DNA of 34,193 nt from a virus. How positions within the stretch are numbered: position 1 is the first letter of the stretch; each line of letters begins with the position of its first letter. The notes under the pieces were generated by a model. The model searched no databases. It saw nothing but the letters and a program-made list of their open reading frames with translations, and had not been told where the DNA came from. The stretch is from positions 1-34,193 of the IMG/VR virus record IMGVR_UViG_3300045988_182940; one strand, written 5' to 3'. Positions 24,635-31,958 of the stretch are shown one piece after another. A program made the position numbers and the translations under genes.

Positions 24635-25102
24635 ATGAAAGGCGCAAAATTGATATTTACGCTTTTTGAAGTGCTGTTCGTGGCGCTTGTGCCTGTCGCA
24701 TTGGTTATTTATCAATACGGCTATGTGCAACCGACTTCGGCGGCGTTCAAAATATCGCTTACGGGCATAATCTTAATTGCGCTCGTGTTCTACGGCGTAA
24801 AAAAGGTTATTCTCGACCGAAAACTTCGCAATTGGGAAGCGCAATATAATAACTATGTTTCGGCTTATAAAATCGAAACGGACTTAGAGAAAAAAGAGAG
24901 GGCAAAGCAGGAAATGCAGAAATATCAGACTTGCATAGTGCTGATTCGGGCGTTTATTCCGATGTTGATATTCTGCATGATTCAAGTTTTGGCAAAAGCG
25001 TTAGAAGCGGAAATGATAACTTTGTCCAGCCTTGCGGGGCTGATAACGGCAAGTTTCGCCGTCGGTATCGTATTTGCGGTGCTTGCGGCAAGAGAGGTAT
25101 AA
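24635..25102 (+). CDS. Holin-like 4-TM membrane protein (155 aa)
   Basis: GAGG SD. Two TM pairs are separated by a charged helix. It sits at the end of the late operon. No family-level evidence. Confidence 0.4.
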   Translation: MKGAKLIFTLFEVLFVALVPVALVIYQYGYVQPTSAAFKISLTGIILIALVFYGVKKVILDRKLRNWEAQYNNYVSAYKIETDLEKKERAKQEMQKYQTCIVLIRAFIPMLIFCMIQVLAKALEAEMITLSSLAGLITASFAVGIVFAVLAAREV

Positions 25103-26062
25103 ATGACTTATGAGCAAATAGACAAAAAACGCAGAAATATCGGAAGCGTGGTTCTGTTCGACATAATAATGGGCGTAATCACGCTTGCGTCGTTCGCAGT
25201 AAGTATCGTTTCCGACTATGTAAAAGTCGGGTTTGATTTTTCGTTCCTGATGTCTTTCTCGTATTGGGCGGGGCTTATCGCTAACAACATTATCAACATA
25301 GCAATGTGCGTAGCGTTCCGTTCGGTAATGAGGGACAGAGAATCAAGGCTTAACGGCGAACTCGTCAAGATGAAAGGCGATATAGAATCGGCAAAAAGAT
25401 ACATATATCAAAACAACCACAACAAAGAGTTGAAACAATTCGTCGATGAAAGAAACGCCGAGAGAAAATTCAAAATGTACGTCGAGCAGATAAAGCGTAA
25501 AGCGGATAAATCGAAAGCACGAAAGAACGTAGATAAATACGCTACGAAATTGCAGTACGAAAAAGAAAGCAAAAATCCACGTCCGTGGATTATTGCGAAG
25601 TACGAGAAGATTATCCTTAAAAACAGGTCGGAATACAATGGTATGCTCGCTAAATTGCAGACGGCGAAAGAGGACAGCGTTTGGAAGCGCGTTAAAGGTT
25701 ATCGCCCGATAAGAACGGCGATATTGTTTTCAACAGCGGAAAAGATAGCCGACAATACTGCCGACAATTACGAAGTGAACAACGCGAAAGAGTTCGCTTA
25801 CTTTTTTGTCAAAAAAATCGTATTTATGCTGTTGTTTACGACGTTCCTCGGAACGCTCGTGCCGCAAGGCTTTGTTTTTGACTACACGCTTTTGTGGTCA
25901 ACTGCCGTAAAAGTCTTTTGGGGTTCGATGTCGTTGTACGCGGGCGGCTCTTCGGGCATAGAATATATCCGTCAGGTGCTTGTCCCGGCGGTAAACGGAC
26001 GTGTAGATTTCGTTCAGCAATTCCTTGAAACACTCCCGAAAAAAGCGAGCGAACAGATGTAA
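25103..26062 (+). CDS. Membrane protein (319 aa): 2 TM, a long lysine-rich helical region, then 2 TM; last late gene, next to attP
   Basis: GAGAGG SD. The start abuts the upstream stop (TAAATG). Confidence 0.55.
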   Translation: MTYEQIDKKRRNIGSVVLFDIIMGVITLASFAVSIVSDYVKVGFDFSFLMSFSYWAGLIANNIINIAMCVAFRSVMRDRESRLNGELVKMKGDIESAKRYIYQNNHNKELKQFVDERNAERKFKMYVEQIKRKADKSKARKNVDKYATKLQYEKESKNPRPWIIAKYEKIILKNRSEYNGMLAKLQTAKEDSVWKRVKGYRPIRTAILFSTAEKIADNTADNYEVNNAKEFAYFFVKKIVFMLLFTTFLGTLVPQGFVFDYTLLWSTAVKVFWGSMSLYAGGSSGIEYIRQVLVPAVNGRVDFVQQFLETLPKKASEQM

Positions 26063-26067
26063 AAAAG

Positions 26068-26077
26068 TTTGGGTACT
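26068..26077 (+). repeat. TTTGGGTACT, candidate integrase arm-type site (left arm)
   Basis: The same 10-mer recurs twice at 26278-26299, on the other side of the tRNA-like core. Confidence 0.5.
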
Positions 26078-26163
26078 GAAATGTTATTATCGGAAAAATC
26101 AGGAGTTTTTAATAGATTTTAAGCGTTTTTCAGTACTTTTTGTTCCCTCTTAATCAGGGTGTC

Positions 26164-26191
26164 TAGGGTTCGAACCCCTAATCGTCCACCA
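26164..26191 (+). other. tRNA 3'-end fragment (T-arm plus acceptor strand plus CCA), candidate attP core
   Basis: TAGGG-TTCGAAC-CCCTA T-arm, ATCGTCC acceptor strand, discriminator A, CCA. No complementary 5' acceptor strand (GGACGAT) lies upstream, so it is not a complete tRNA. Confidence 0.7.
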
Positions 26192-26193
26192 AA

Positions 26194-26228
26194 ATAAGTG
26201 GTTATGTAAACGACTACTTATTTTTTTT
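26194..26228 (+). terminator. Intrinsic terminator directly after the tRNA-like fragment
   Basis: 10-bp stem (26194-26203 with 26212-26221, including two G-U pairs), an 8-nt loop and a 7-T run. Confidence 0.75.
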
Positions 26229-26261
26229 AGCCTGTTTTCTTATGGAAACGGGCTATTTTTT
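26229..26261 (+). terminator. Second hairpin plus T-run
   Basis: AGCCTGTTT (26229-26237) pairs with AAACGGGCT (26246-26254), followed by ATTTTTT. Confidence 0.6.
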
Positions 26262-26277
26262 ATTTTAAAGGGAAAAC

Positions 26278-26299
26278 TTTGGGTACTACTTTGGGTACT
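26278..26299 (+). repeat. Two tandem copies of (AC)TTTGGGTACT, candidate integrase arm-type sites (right arm)
   Basis: TTTGGGTACT at 26278-26287 and at 26290-26299, lying between the att core and the integrase stop. Confidence 0.5.
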
Positions 26300-26312
26300 A
26301 ATTTAGAAAAAT

Positions 26313-27551
26313 TCAGCCCTCAAAGCGTTTAAGTTTTACAAAATAATCAGTAAAAGGCGATTTTTCGCGTTTCATAAAATGCGTATAAACGTCTTTTGTC
26401 ATCGATAAAGTAGCGTGACCGAGCCATTTTTTGGTTAAAAGGTCGTCAATTTGTGTTAAATGGCACATAGTAGCGAATGTATGACGTGTAGAATGAACGG
26501 AAACGTCGGTAAAGCCTAATTTTACAAAAGTTCTGCCGAAAGCGAGTTTAACGGCGTTGTAGGTATAATTTTCCGAAACGCAGTAGTCGAGTTTTTCTCG
26601 TAAACTCTCGTCATAATTGATAAAGCGTTGTGACGTGCGGTTTTTCGTGTCGTGTTCGATGATACCGTCGCGGTTCATCATCTTATTGACCCGTATTTCG
26701 TCATCGCCTATATCGTTGGGCGTGAGAGCCAAAAATTCACTTATGCGCATACCCGTACAGCAAAGGACGGTAAAGAGCCGACTATACTTTTCGGGTAAAG
26801 TCGTAAGAATAGCCGTTTGTTCTTCCGCAGTAAAAGCGCGTTTATGCTCCGACTTAACTTTCGGGCGTTTCAAGAGTTCGCAAGGGTTTTTACGTATTTT
26901 CTCCGAAATGACCGCTTGACGAAGAGCGGAATTGACGACATCGAATACTTTGCGCCGTGAGTTTTCACCGTTTATAGATATAAAAAATTGTTGCAGAATA
27001 TCGGGCGTAAGTTGTTCCATAGGCGTTGCGATTGTCTTTATCTTATTAAATGCGTCCATATAACCTCTTTTCGAGTTCGAGCGTAAGTACGGTTCTTTAT
27101 ATGTTTCGTACCAATAATTAACCCATTCGATAAAAGACGAGCCTTTCTTTGTGACGCGTTCCGTTTTTTCCTTTTCTTTTAAAGGGATATTCTTTAATTT
27201 TTCAATAACCTCCTTTTGAGTTTTAGCCGTTACCGTGTGGCGTTGGAATCTACCCTCCCACCACGTGTAGCGGCTATTTTTGTTTTTCCGGGAACGTTTT
27301 CGAATAGACCCCGCCCCGAAAGGCAGATAAACAGACATTTTTTCCTCCGCCTGAATATCCGATAACAACCTGAAATTAACGTCAGGATAAGGGGACGGCT
27401 TTCCGCCCTCACTTACAATACGAAAAGGCGATTTGCGCGTAATCGGTTCATTTGCGAAATCGTCGTTTCCTATTATTTTGCCGCACAATAACGAGGCTTT
27501 TTGTAAAGCCTCCGCTAAAAGGTCGAGCAATCTCCTTGTATCATCTTCCAC
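26313..27551 (-). CDS. int: Tyrosine integrase (site-specific recombinase); the alternative start at 27338 has a stronger SD
   Basis: C-terminal catalytic signature HSTRHTFATMCH...LGHATLSMTKDVYTHF. GSIRKR...W.GRF arm-binding-type N-terminus begins at Met72 (GGAGGaaaaaATG). Confidence 0.93.
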   Translation of the reverse strand: MEDDTRRLLDLLAEALQKASLLCGKIIGNDDFANEPITRKSPFRIVSEGGKPSPYPDVNFRLLSDIQAEEKMSVYLPFGAGSIRKRSRKNKNSRYTWWEGRFQRHTVTAKTQKEVIEKLKNIPLKEKEKTERVTKKGSSFIEWVNYWYETYKEPYLRSNSKRGYMDAFNKIKTIATPMEQLTPDILQQFFISINGENSRRKVFDVVNSALRQAVISEKIRKNPCELLKRPKVKSEHKRAFTAEEQTAILTTLPEKYSRLFTVLCCTGMRISEFLALTPNDIGDDEIRVNKMMNRDGIIEHDTKNRTSQRFINYDESLREKLDYCVSENYTYNAVKLAFGRTFVKLGFTDVSVHSTRHTFATMCHLTQIDDLLTKKWLGHATLSMTKDVYTHFMKREKSPFTDYFVKLKRFEG

Positions 27552-27576
27552 TCCATATACTCCTCCAAAAAAATAT

Positions 27577-27927
27577 TTAACCTACATCGCTTTGGGAGTT
27601 TTTCAGAAACGCTTCGGCATAGCCGAGAACTTTTCCTTGCTGTACTGCTGTCAGTTGCCTGAACAGAGCGAGCATTTCTATCTCTTGCGATGTTAAGTTA
27701 CTTGATTGTGTACGAGCCGCTTTCGGGGCAGGCTCCGTGTAAAAATAATTCTCGGGCAAATCGAACGCTTCGGAAATTCTTGCAAGCGTGCGCCGAGAGG
27801 GGGCTGATAACCCGTTTTTCCAACGTTGAATAGCCCCGTTCGCTAAACCGACTTTTTTTTCAAATGTATGGGGGTTTAGCCCTTGTTTTTCGATTAGGTC
27901 ATATACTTTTTCAATGATTAAATCCAT
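27577..27927 (-). CDS. CI-like XRE-family repressor (116 aa) with no S24 peptidase domain
   Basis: HTH KVGLANGAIQRWKNGLSAPSRRTLARISEAF. Divergent from the cro-like gene and adjacent to the integrase. GGAG SD. Confidence 0.85.
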   Translation of the reverse strand: MDLIIEKVYDLIEKQGLNPHTFEKKVGLANGAIQRWKNGLSAPSRRTLARISEAFDLPENYFYTEPAPKAARTQSSNLTSQEIEMLALFRQLTAVQQGKVLGYAEAFLKNSQSDVG

Positions 27928-27985
27928 AATTTTTCTCCATAGACAAAAAAACTAAAAATATTTTCATTAAATTAACTAAAATCGC

Positions 27986-28014
27986 TTGACATTTAATTAA
28001 AATAATGATATAAT
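27986..28014 (+). promoter_or_regulatory. Consensus rightward (lytic, PR-like) promoter TTGACA-17-TGaTATAAT
   Basis: -35 at 27986-27991 and -10 at 28009-14, with TG at 28006-07. A 10-bp palindrome TTTAATTAAA (27992-28001) lies in the spacer. Confidence 0.85.
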
Positions 28015-28053
28015 ATAGGTGTAAACAAGGTAAAGCAAATGCAGTTGATTTCA

Positions 28054-28082
28054 ATTATAGCAAAGTTTATAAAAAATGTCAA
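28054..28082 (-). promoter_or_regulatory. Consensus leftward promoter TTGACA-17-TGcTATAAT, facing the rightward promoter
   Basis: On the minus strand, -35 = 28082-28077 and -10 = 28059-28054, preceded by TGc (28062-28060). Confidence 0.8.
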
Positions 28083-28110
28083 CAAGATTTACAAAAAGGA
28101 GGTGTTCTAA

Positions 28111-28302
28111 ATGGACGCAAAGAGATTGGAAAAGTTAAGAGTTAAGAAAGGGCTGTCGCAAGTAGAGTTTGCGGAACGAATCGGAGTAAGCCGTCAAGCC
28201 GTATGGAAAATGGAAAGCGGCTTTATGAATCCGTCGGTTGAAACACTTAAACTCATAGCGAAACTTTTCAACGTCACGACCGATTATTTGCTCGGTATGT
28301 AA
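28111..28302 (+). CDS. Cro-like XRE-family HTH regulator (63 aa)
   Basis: AGGAGG SD; LSQVEFAERIGVSRQAVWKMESG; first gene of the rightward early operon. Confidence 0.88.
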   Translation: MDAKRLEKLRVKKGLSQVEFAERIGVSRQAVWKMESGFMNPSVETLKLIAKLFNVTTDYLLGM

Positions 28303-28332
28303 AACTTCAAAAAGTCAATGGAGGATAGAATA

Positions 28333-28521
28333 ATGACTAACGAAGAATTTATCAAAAACTTAAAAACGGAAGAATTGGCGCGTGTGCTTAAATACGCAAC
28401 CGATTGTCGGCATTGTCCGATTCGCGCTTTTTGCAACAAAACCGATTGTGAAGATTGCGAAGAAACGTGGTTTCGTTGGCTGAAAGCAAAAAAGACGGCG
28501 GAGGACTTGAACAATGATTGA
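28333..28521 (+). CDS. Hypothetical Cys-rich 62-aa early protein
   Basis: ATG at 28333 preceded by GGAGG; CRHCPIRAFCNKTDCEDCEE. Confidence 0.55.
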   Translation: MTNEEFIKNLKTEELARVLKYATDCRHCPIRAFCNKTDCEDCEETWFRWLKAKKTAEDLNND

Positions 28522-28762
28522 CGTAAGCGATATATGCAGAATGACGCTCGAAGCGGAAGATATGCGCTCGAAACTCGATTGTTGGAAAAAAACCTGCAAA
28601 GAAAAAAGACTTGCTTTGGAACAAAACGGAGCGTGGGACGGCAAAGCATGGGAAACGGCATATGACATCGGGAAAGCCGTTGAAAAGGTAGACTTCATTA
28701 TGACCGACTTGCTCGGAGAAATGGACAAGCTTGTAGAACAAATAAAAAAGGAGAGTAAATAA
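28514..28762 (+). CDS. Hypothetical 82-aa early protein
   Basis: GGAGG SD; overlaps the upstream stop. Confidence 0.55.
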   Translation: MIDVSDICRMTLEAEDMRSKLDCWKKTCKEKRLALEQNGAWDGKAWETAYDIGKAVEKVDFIMTDLLGEMDKLVEQIKKESK

Positions 28763-28763
28763 A

Positions 28764-28931
28764 ATGTACATGGTAGTAATAAGACATGGGAAAGCATGCA
28801 ACGCTTACATAAAATTCGACGAAAAAACGGCGTTGGCAAAAATGAGGGAAATCGCCTTGACGAGGGACTTCGACAAAATCGTGTGTGTAAAAATGGAGGG
28901 CAGTAACATATGCGTAAACTCTTTGAGATAA
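28764..28931 (+). CDS. Hypothetical 55-aa early protein (below the ORF-track cutoff)
   Basis: Translated by hand (MYMVVIRHGKACNAYIKFDEKTALAKMREIALTRDFDKIVCVKMEGSNICVNSLR). GGAG lies upstream. It fills the gap between flanking genes. Confidence 0.4.
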   Translation: MYMVVIRHGKACNAYIKFDEKTALAKMREIALTRDFDKIVCVKMEGSNICVNSLR

Positions 28932-29419
28932 ACAGCGATATTGAAAAGTTGCTTGATAAAAACGCCGTTATCGTAATGGGCGAAAACGGCGTAGATACGG
29001 AAACGGGCGAGGTGTTCAACCTTGCGGAAAGACTGAACGCCTTGACGGTTGAGAAGAACGAGAAAATCAAAAGCGTTGTCGTGTATCTCGACGACCTGAA
29101 CGGCAAACTTGAAAGCATACGAGAGAAACTCGACAACTACAACAAAATCAAAAAGTCGCTCGAAAGAGAGATTGCGGGCTTAACAGATTATCTTCTGTTT
29201 GCGACGGACAAGCAAGGTTTTAAGGACGACGAAATCGAAATGAAAGTCAAAAAGACTATGCGGTGCGTGCTTACGGACGAAACGCTTATCCCCGAACAAT
29301 TCATTAAGACAAAAACGGAAACGAGCATTTCCAAAACGGATATTACGAAAGCGATAAAAGCGGGCGAAACCGTACCGGGCGCAGAAATGCAAGCGAACTA
29401 CTCCGTGCAGATACTGTGA
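28910..29419 (+). CDS. Siphovirus Gp157-family protein
   Basis: 169 aa with a coiled-coil N-terminal half. The C-terminal signature LIPEQFIKTKTETSISKTDITKAIKAGETVPGAEMQANYSVQI is typical of Gp157 proteins, which sit next to annealase genes. Confidence 0.75.
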   Translation: MRKLFEINSDIEKLLDKNAVIVMGENGVDTETGEVFNLAERLNALTVEKNEKIKSVVVYLDDLNGKLESIREKLDNYNKIKKSLEREIAGLTDYLLFATDKQGFKDDEIEMKVKKTMRCVLTDETLIPEQFIKTKTETSISKTDITKAIKAGETVPGAEMQANYSVQIL

Positions 29420-29427
29420 GGTGCCAT

Positions 29428-30072
29428 ATGGACAACTTGGAATTATACAAGGGCTGGGCAAATGTCCCGAAAGAAGCACAAAAACCGTTCGATAACGGTA
29501 CTTTCAAAGGAACCGACATCAATACCATGTGGCGCATTAAAGTGCTGACGGAAAGGTTCGGAGCCTGCGGCGTAGGCTGGTACTACAATATCAAACGCGT
29601 ATGGAGCGAGAACCTCGGCGACCAATGCGGCGAAATCTTATCGTATGCGGAAATCGAACTTTTCATTAAACACGACGGAGAGTGGAGCAAGCCTATCGCA
29701 GGTATCGGCGGCAATAAAATGCTGAAATACGTTCGTAAGAGCGAAGATTTCCGACCGAGCGACGAGGCGTACAAAATGGCAGTAACCGACGCTTTCGGAA
29801 ACGCTTGCAGAAATCTCGGAATCGGCGCAAATACATATTGGGAGAACGACAAAACCAAATACACGGAAGAGCCGAAGAAAAGCAAAGAAGAGTTAATAAA
29901 AGACGACCGCGCAAAGTTAATTGAGGCTAATAAGCCGCAGGATATGACGGTAGCGGAGTTGAAAGCACTTGCTTCCAACCATAACTGTCTTAAACTATCG
30001 GCGGCAAACGAAGCGGACTTCAAGGCGTTTATCAAGGAGTTGAAAGAATGGAAATCATCGACGGAAGAGTAA
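29428..30072 (+). CDS. Rad52-like single-strand annealing protein (SSAP)
   Basis: ATG at 29428 preceded by GAGGTG. GTDINTMWRIKVLTERFGACGVGWYY and DEAYKMAVTDAFGNACRNLGIGANTYW match the Rad52/Sak-type hairpin motif (..K.A.TDA.....LGIG..). Confidence 0.65.
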   Translation: MDNLELYKGWANVPKEAQKPFDNGTFKGTDINTMWRIKVLTERFGACGVGWYYNIKRVWSENLGDQCGEILSYAEIELFIKHDGEWSKPIAGIGGNKMLKYVRKSEDFRPSDEAYKMAVTDAFGNACRNLGIGANTYWENDKTKYTEEPKKSKEELIKDDRAKLIEANKPQDMTVAELKALASNHNCLKLSAANEADFKAFIKELKEWKSSTEE

Positions 30073-30713
30073 AGGACTATGACGAGCGCGGAATACTCAC
30101 GGTCGTTGCAGATTACCCGAACGCCGAGCGGTTCATAAATCGCGACTTCAAAACGTGCCGAATCGTCTTAAACGATAGCCGGGAAATATCCGCCGAACAG
30201 AGAAAAAAAGCATACGCGCTTCTAAACGAAATATCCGAGTATATGGGAGAAATGCCCGAATACACGAAGAGATTGTTCAAACTTAAATTCATACACGACA
30301 CAATGAAAGGGCTTGCGGACGGCATATTTTCGCTTTCGGACTGCGACGTGACTACGGCAAAGGAATTTATTACCTATTTGATTGACTTCATAATAGCGCA
30401 CGAAATTCCGACGAGAGTGCCGCTTGCAGAACTGTGCGAGGATGTTCAAAAATACGTTTACGCGTGTGCAATGCAAAAAGTCTGTTGCGTATGCGGCAGA
30501 AAAGCCGACTTGCACCACTACAACGCTATCGGGAGCAAATACGACCGAAGCAAGGCAGTGCATGAGGGTTTGCGAGCGTTGCCGTTGTGTCGGGAACACC
30601 ACACCGAAGCGCACAACGTCACGAAAGAAGTGTTTTTGAAAAAATACCATATCGAGCCGATAGTGCTTGATAAAAAACTGTGTAAAAAATGGAGGTTACC
30701 GTATGAATCTTAA
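30048..30713 (+). CDS. HNH-type nuclease of the kind associated with phage recombination modules
   Basis: C-terminal CCVCGRKADLHHYNAIG...LPLCREHHTEAHN (Cys/His HNH-like motif). Lies immediately after the SSAP. Confidence 0.7.
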   Translation: MEIIDGRVKDYDERGILTVVADYPNAERFINRDFKTCRIVLNDSREISAEQRKKAYALLNEISEYMGEMPEYTKRLFKLKFIHDTMKGLADGIFSLSDCDVTTAKEFITYLIDFIIAHEIPTRVPLAELCEDVQKYVYACAMQKVCCVCGRKADLHHYNAIGSKYDRSKAVHEGLRALPLCREHHTEAHNVTKEVFLKKYHIEPIVLDKKLCKKWRLPYES

Positions 30714-31221
30714 AGAATTGAGGAACAGCGTCGGCGTACGTCAGAGCGAACTCGTAGCCGCGCTGAACAAAGAGGGGCTGAAAGCAACCGAAGCGGACAT
30801 CTCCCGAATAGAGAACGGCATAATCGAAACGTACCTGTTTTTAGCGTTCAGAGCCGAGGAACTGCTCAAACGTAAAACTGCACTCCCAAAAGCAAAAAAC
30901 GCAACAGAGGCGAAATTTGGAAGTTGCAACCGCATTGCCGAGCGAGTTATGGAAAGGATAGAGCAAAACGGCTTTACAAACTACGAAGATTTGGCGATGA
31001 CGCTTATGACGAGCGATAAGCGCGAAATACGAGCGGGTGTAATGGAAACGCGTTGCGCTTACCCGATAATCGACCGTGAGGGCGGCGGTTGGGCGTTGGC
31101 AACAACGATAGCCGACTGCGACAAGCAGATAGGTATTTACGAGAAAAAGAAGCGTGTGTACTCTTATCAGGAAACGCCGCTTATTGCTAAAAAGTACGAA
31201 CTGCAAAAGGAGAGAGGTTAA
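30703..31221 (+). CDS. Hypothetical 172-aa protein with an N-terminal HTH-like segment
   Basis: ATG at 30703 preceded by GGAGG; LKELRNSVGVRQSELVAALNKEGLKATEADISRIENG. Confidence 0.5.
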   Translation: MNLKELRNSVGVRQSELVAALNKEGLKATEADISRIENGIIETYLFLAFRAEELLKRKTALPKAKNATEAKFGSCNRIAERVMERIEQNGFTNYEDLAMTLMTSDKREIRAGVMETRCAYPIIDREGGGWALATTIADCDKQIGIYEKKKRVYSYQETPLIAKKYELQKERG

Positions 31222-31958
31222 TGGAAGATTTACAGCAAAGTTTTTATGCAGTGATACCTGCGGACGTGAGATACGACGCGCGGCTTACGGCAAACTCGAA
31301 ACTGCTTTACGGTGAGATAACCGCCCTCTGCAATATGCACGGTTTTTGCTGGGCTAAAAACGAGTATTTCGCCAAACTTTACGGCACTTCCGAACGCAGT
31401 ATTCAACGCTGGATTGACACTCTCGTTTCGTGTGGTTATATCATCAAAAACTACCTCCGTGACGACAGCGGCGCACTTGCCGAACGTTGTATATCGATAC
31501 AAACGTACCGATTGTCACCACGTGACAAAAATGTCGTTTCCCCCACGACAAAAATGTCGTCCCTTAATAAGGATGAATATTTTAAATATTATAATAATAA
31601 CCCCCCTTACCCCCCAAAGGGGATTTCGGGAGAAAAAAACTCTTTTTCAATCGATGACTACGAGTTATCCGAGGCTATGAAAAGCAAGGTCAGCGAGTGG
31701 GTCGAGTACAAGAAAGAACAGCACAAATTCAAGTATTCGGAGCAAGGCTTCAAGTCGTTTATAAAACAACTTCAAAACTACATAGAAAGTTGCGGCGAAA
31801 GCAACGTCATAAAGGCGATAGACGAAGCAATGGCTAACGGATATAAAGGCGTTGTGTGGGATGTCCTGAAACGCAAGAAAAAGGACAAGCCCGAAAAGAG
31901 TTACACGAGCGAGCAACTTAACGGAATGTTCAATAATCTTGATTACGAGGACTTGTGA
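31221..31958 (+). CDS. Replication initiator / replisome organiser with an N-terminal winged-HTH
   Basis: AVIPADVRYDARLTANSKLLYGEITALCNMHGFCWAKNEYFAKLYGTSERSIQRWIDTLVSCGYI is the typical phage initiator HTH pattern. Iterons and an AT-rich tract lie inside the gene. Confidence 0.7.
   Translation: MEDLQQSFYAVIPADVRYDARLTANSKLLYGEITALCNMHGFCWAKNEYFAKLYGTSERSIQRWIDTLVSCGYIIKNYLRDDSGALAERCISIQTYRLSPRDKNVVSPTTKMSSLNKDEYFKYYNNNPPYPPKGISGEKNSFSIDDYELSEAMKSKVSEWVEYKKEQHKFKYSEQGFKSFIKQLQNYIESCGESNVIKAIDEAMANGYKGVVWDVLKRKKKDKPEKSYTSEQLNGMFNNLDYEDL
31510..31625. promoter_or_regulatory. Candidate origin of replication inside the initiator gene
   Basis: Inverted repeat TTGTCACcacGTGACAA (31512-31528). 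Direct repeats GACAAAAATGTCGT at 31524-31537 and 31547-31560, 23 bp apart. A 37-nt AT-rich tract at 31564-31600. C-tracts followed by GGGG at 31601-31622. Confidence 0.55.

Noticed and set aside
26141-26191. Possible complete tRNA gene (an anticodon-loop-like cttaatc suggests Leu-UAA)
   Set aside because: Only the T-arm, the 3' acceptor strand and CCA are convincing. The anticodon stem has mismatches, position 37 would be a pyrimidine, the variable region is too short, and there is no D-arm or 5' acceptor strand upstream. It is better explained as an attP copy of a host tRNA 3' end.
28360-29136. 258-aa minus-strand ORF (plus a 137-aa ORF at 28388-28801) antisense to the early operon
   Set aside because: Low-complexity S/F/L-rich translation with no SD. 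It overlaps four well-signalled plus-strand genes, including the Gp157-like gene.
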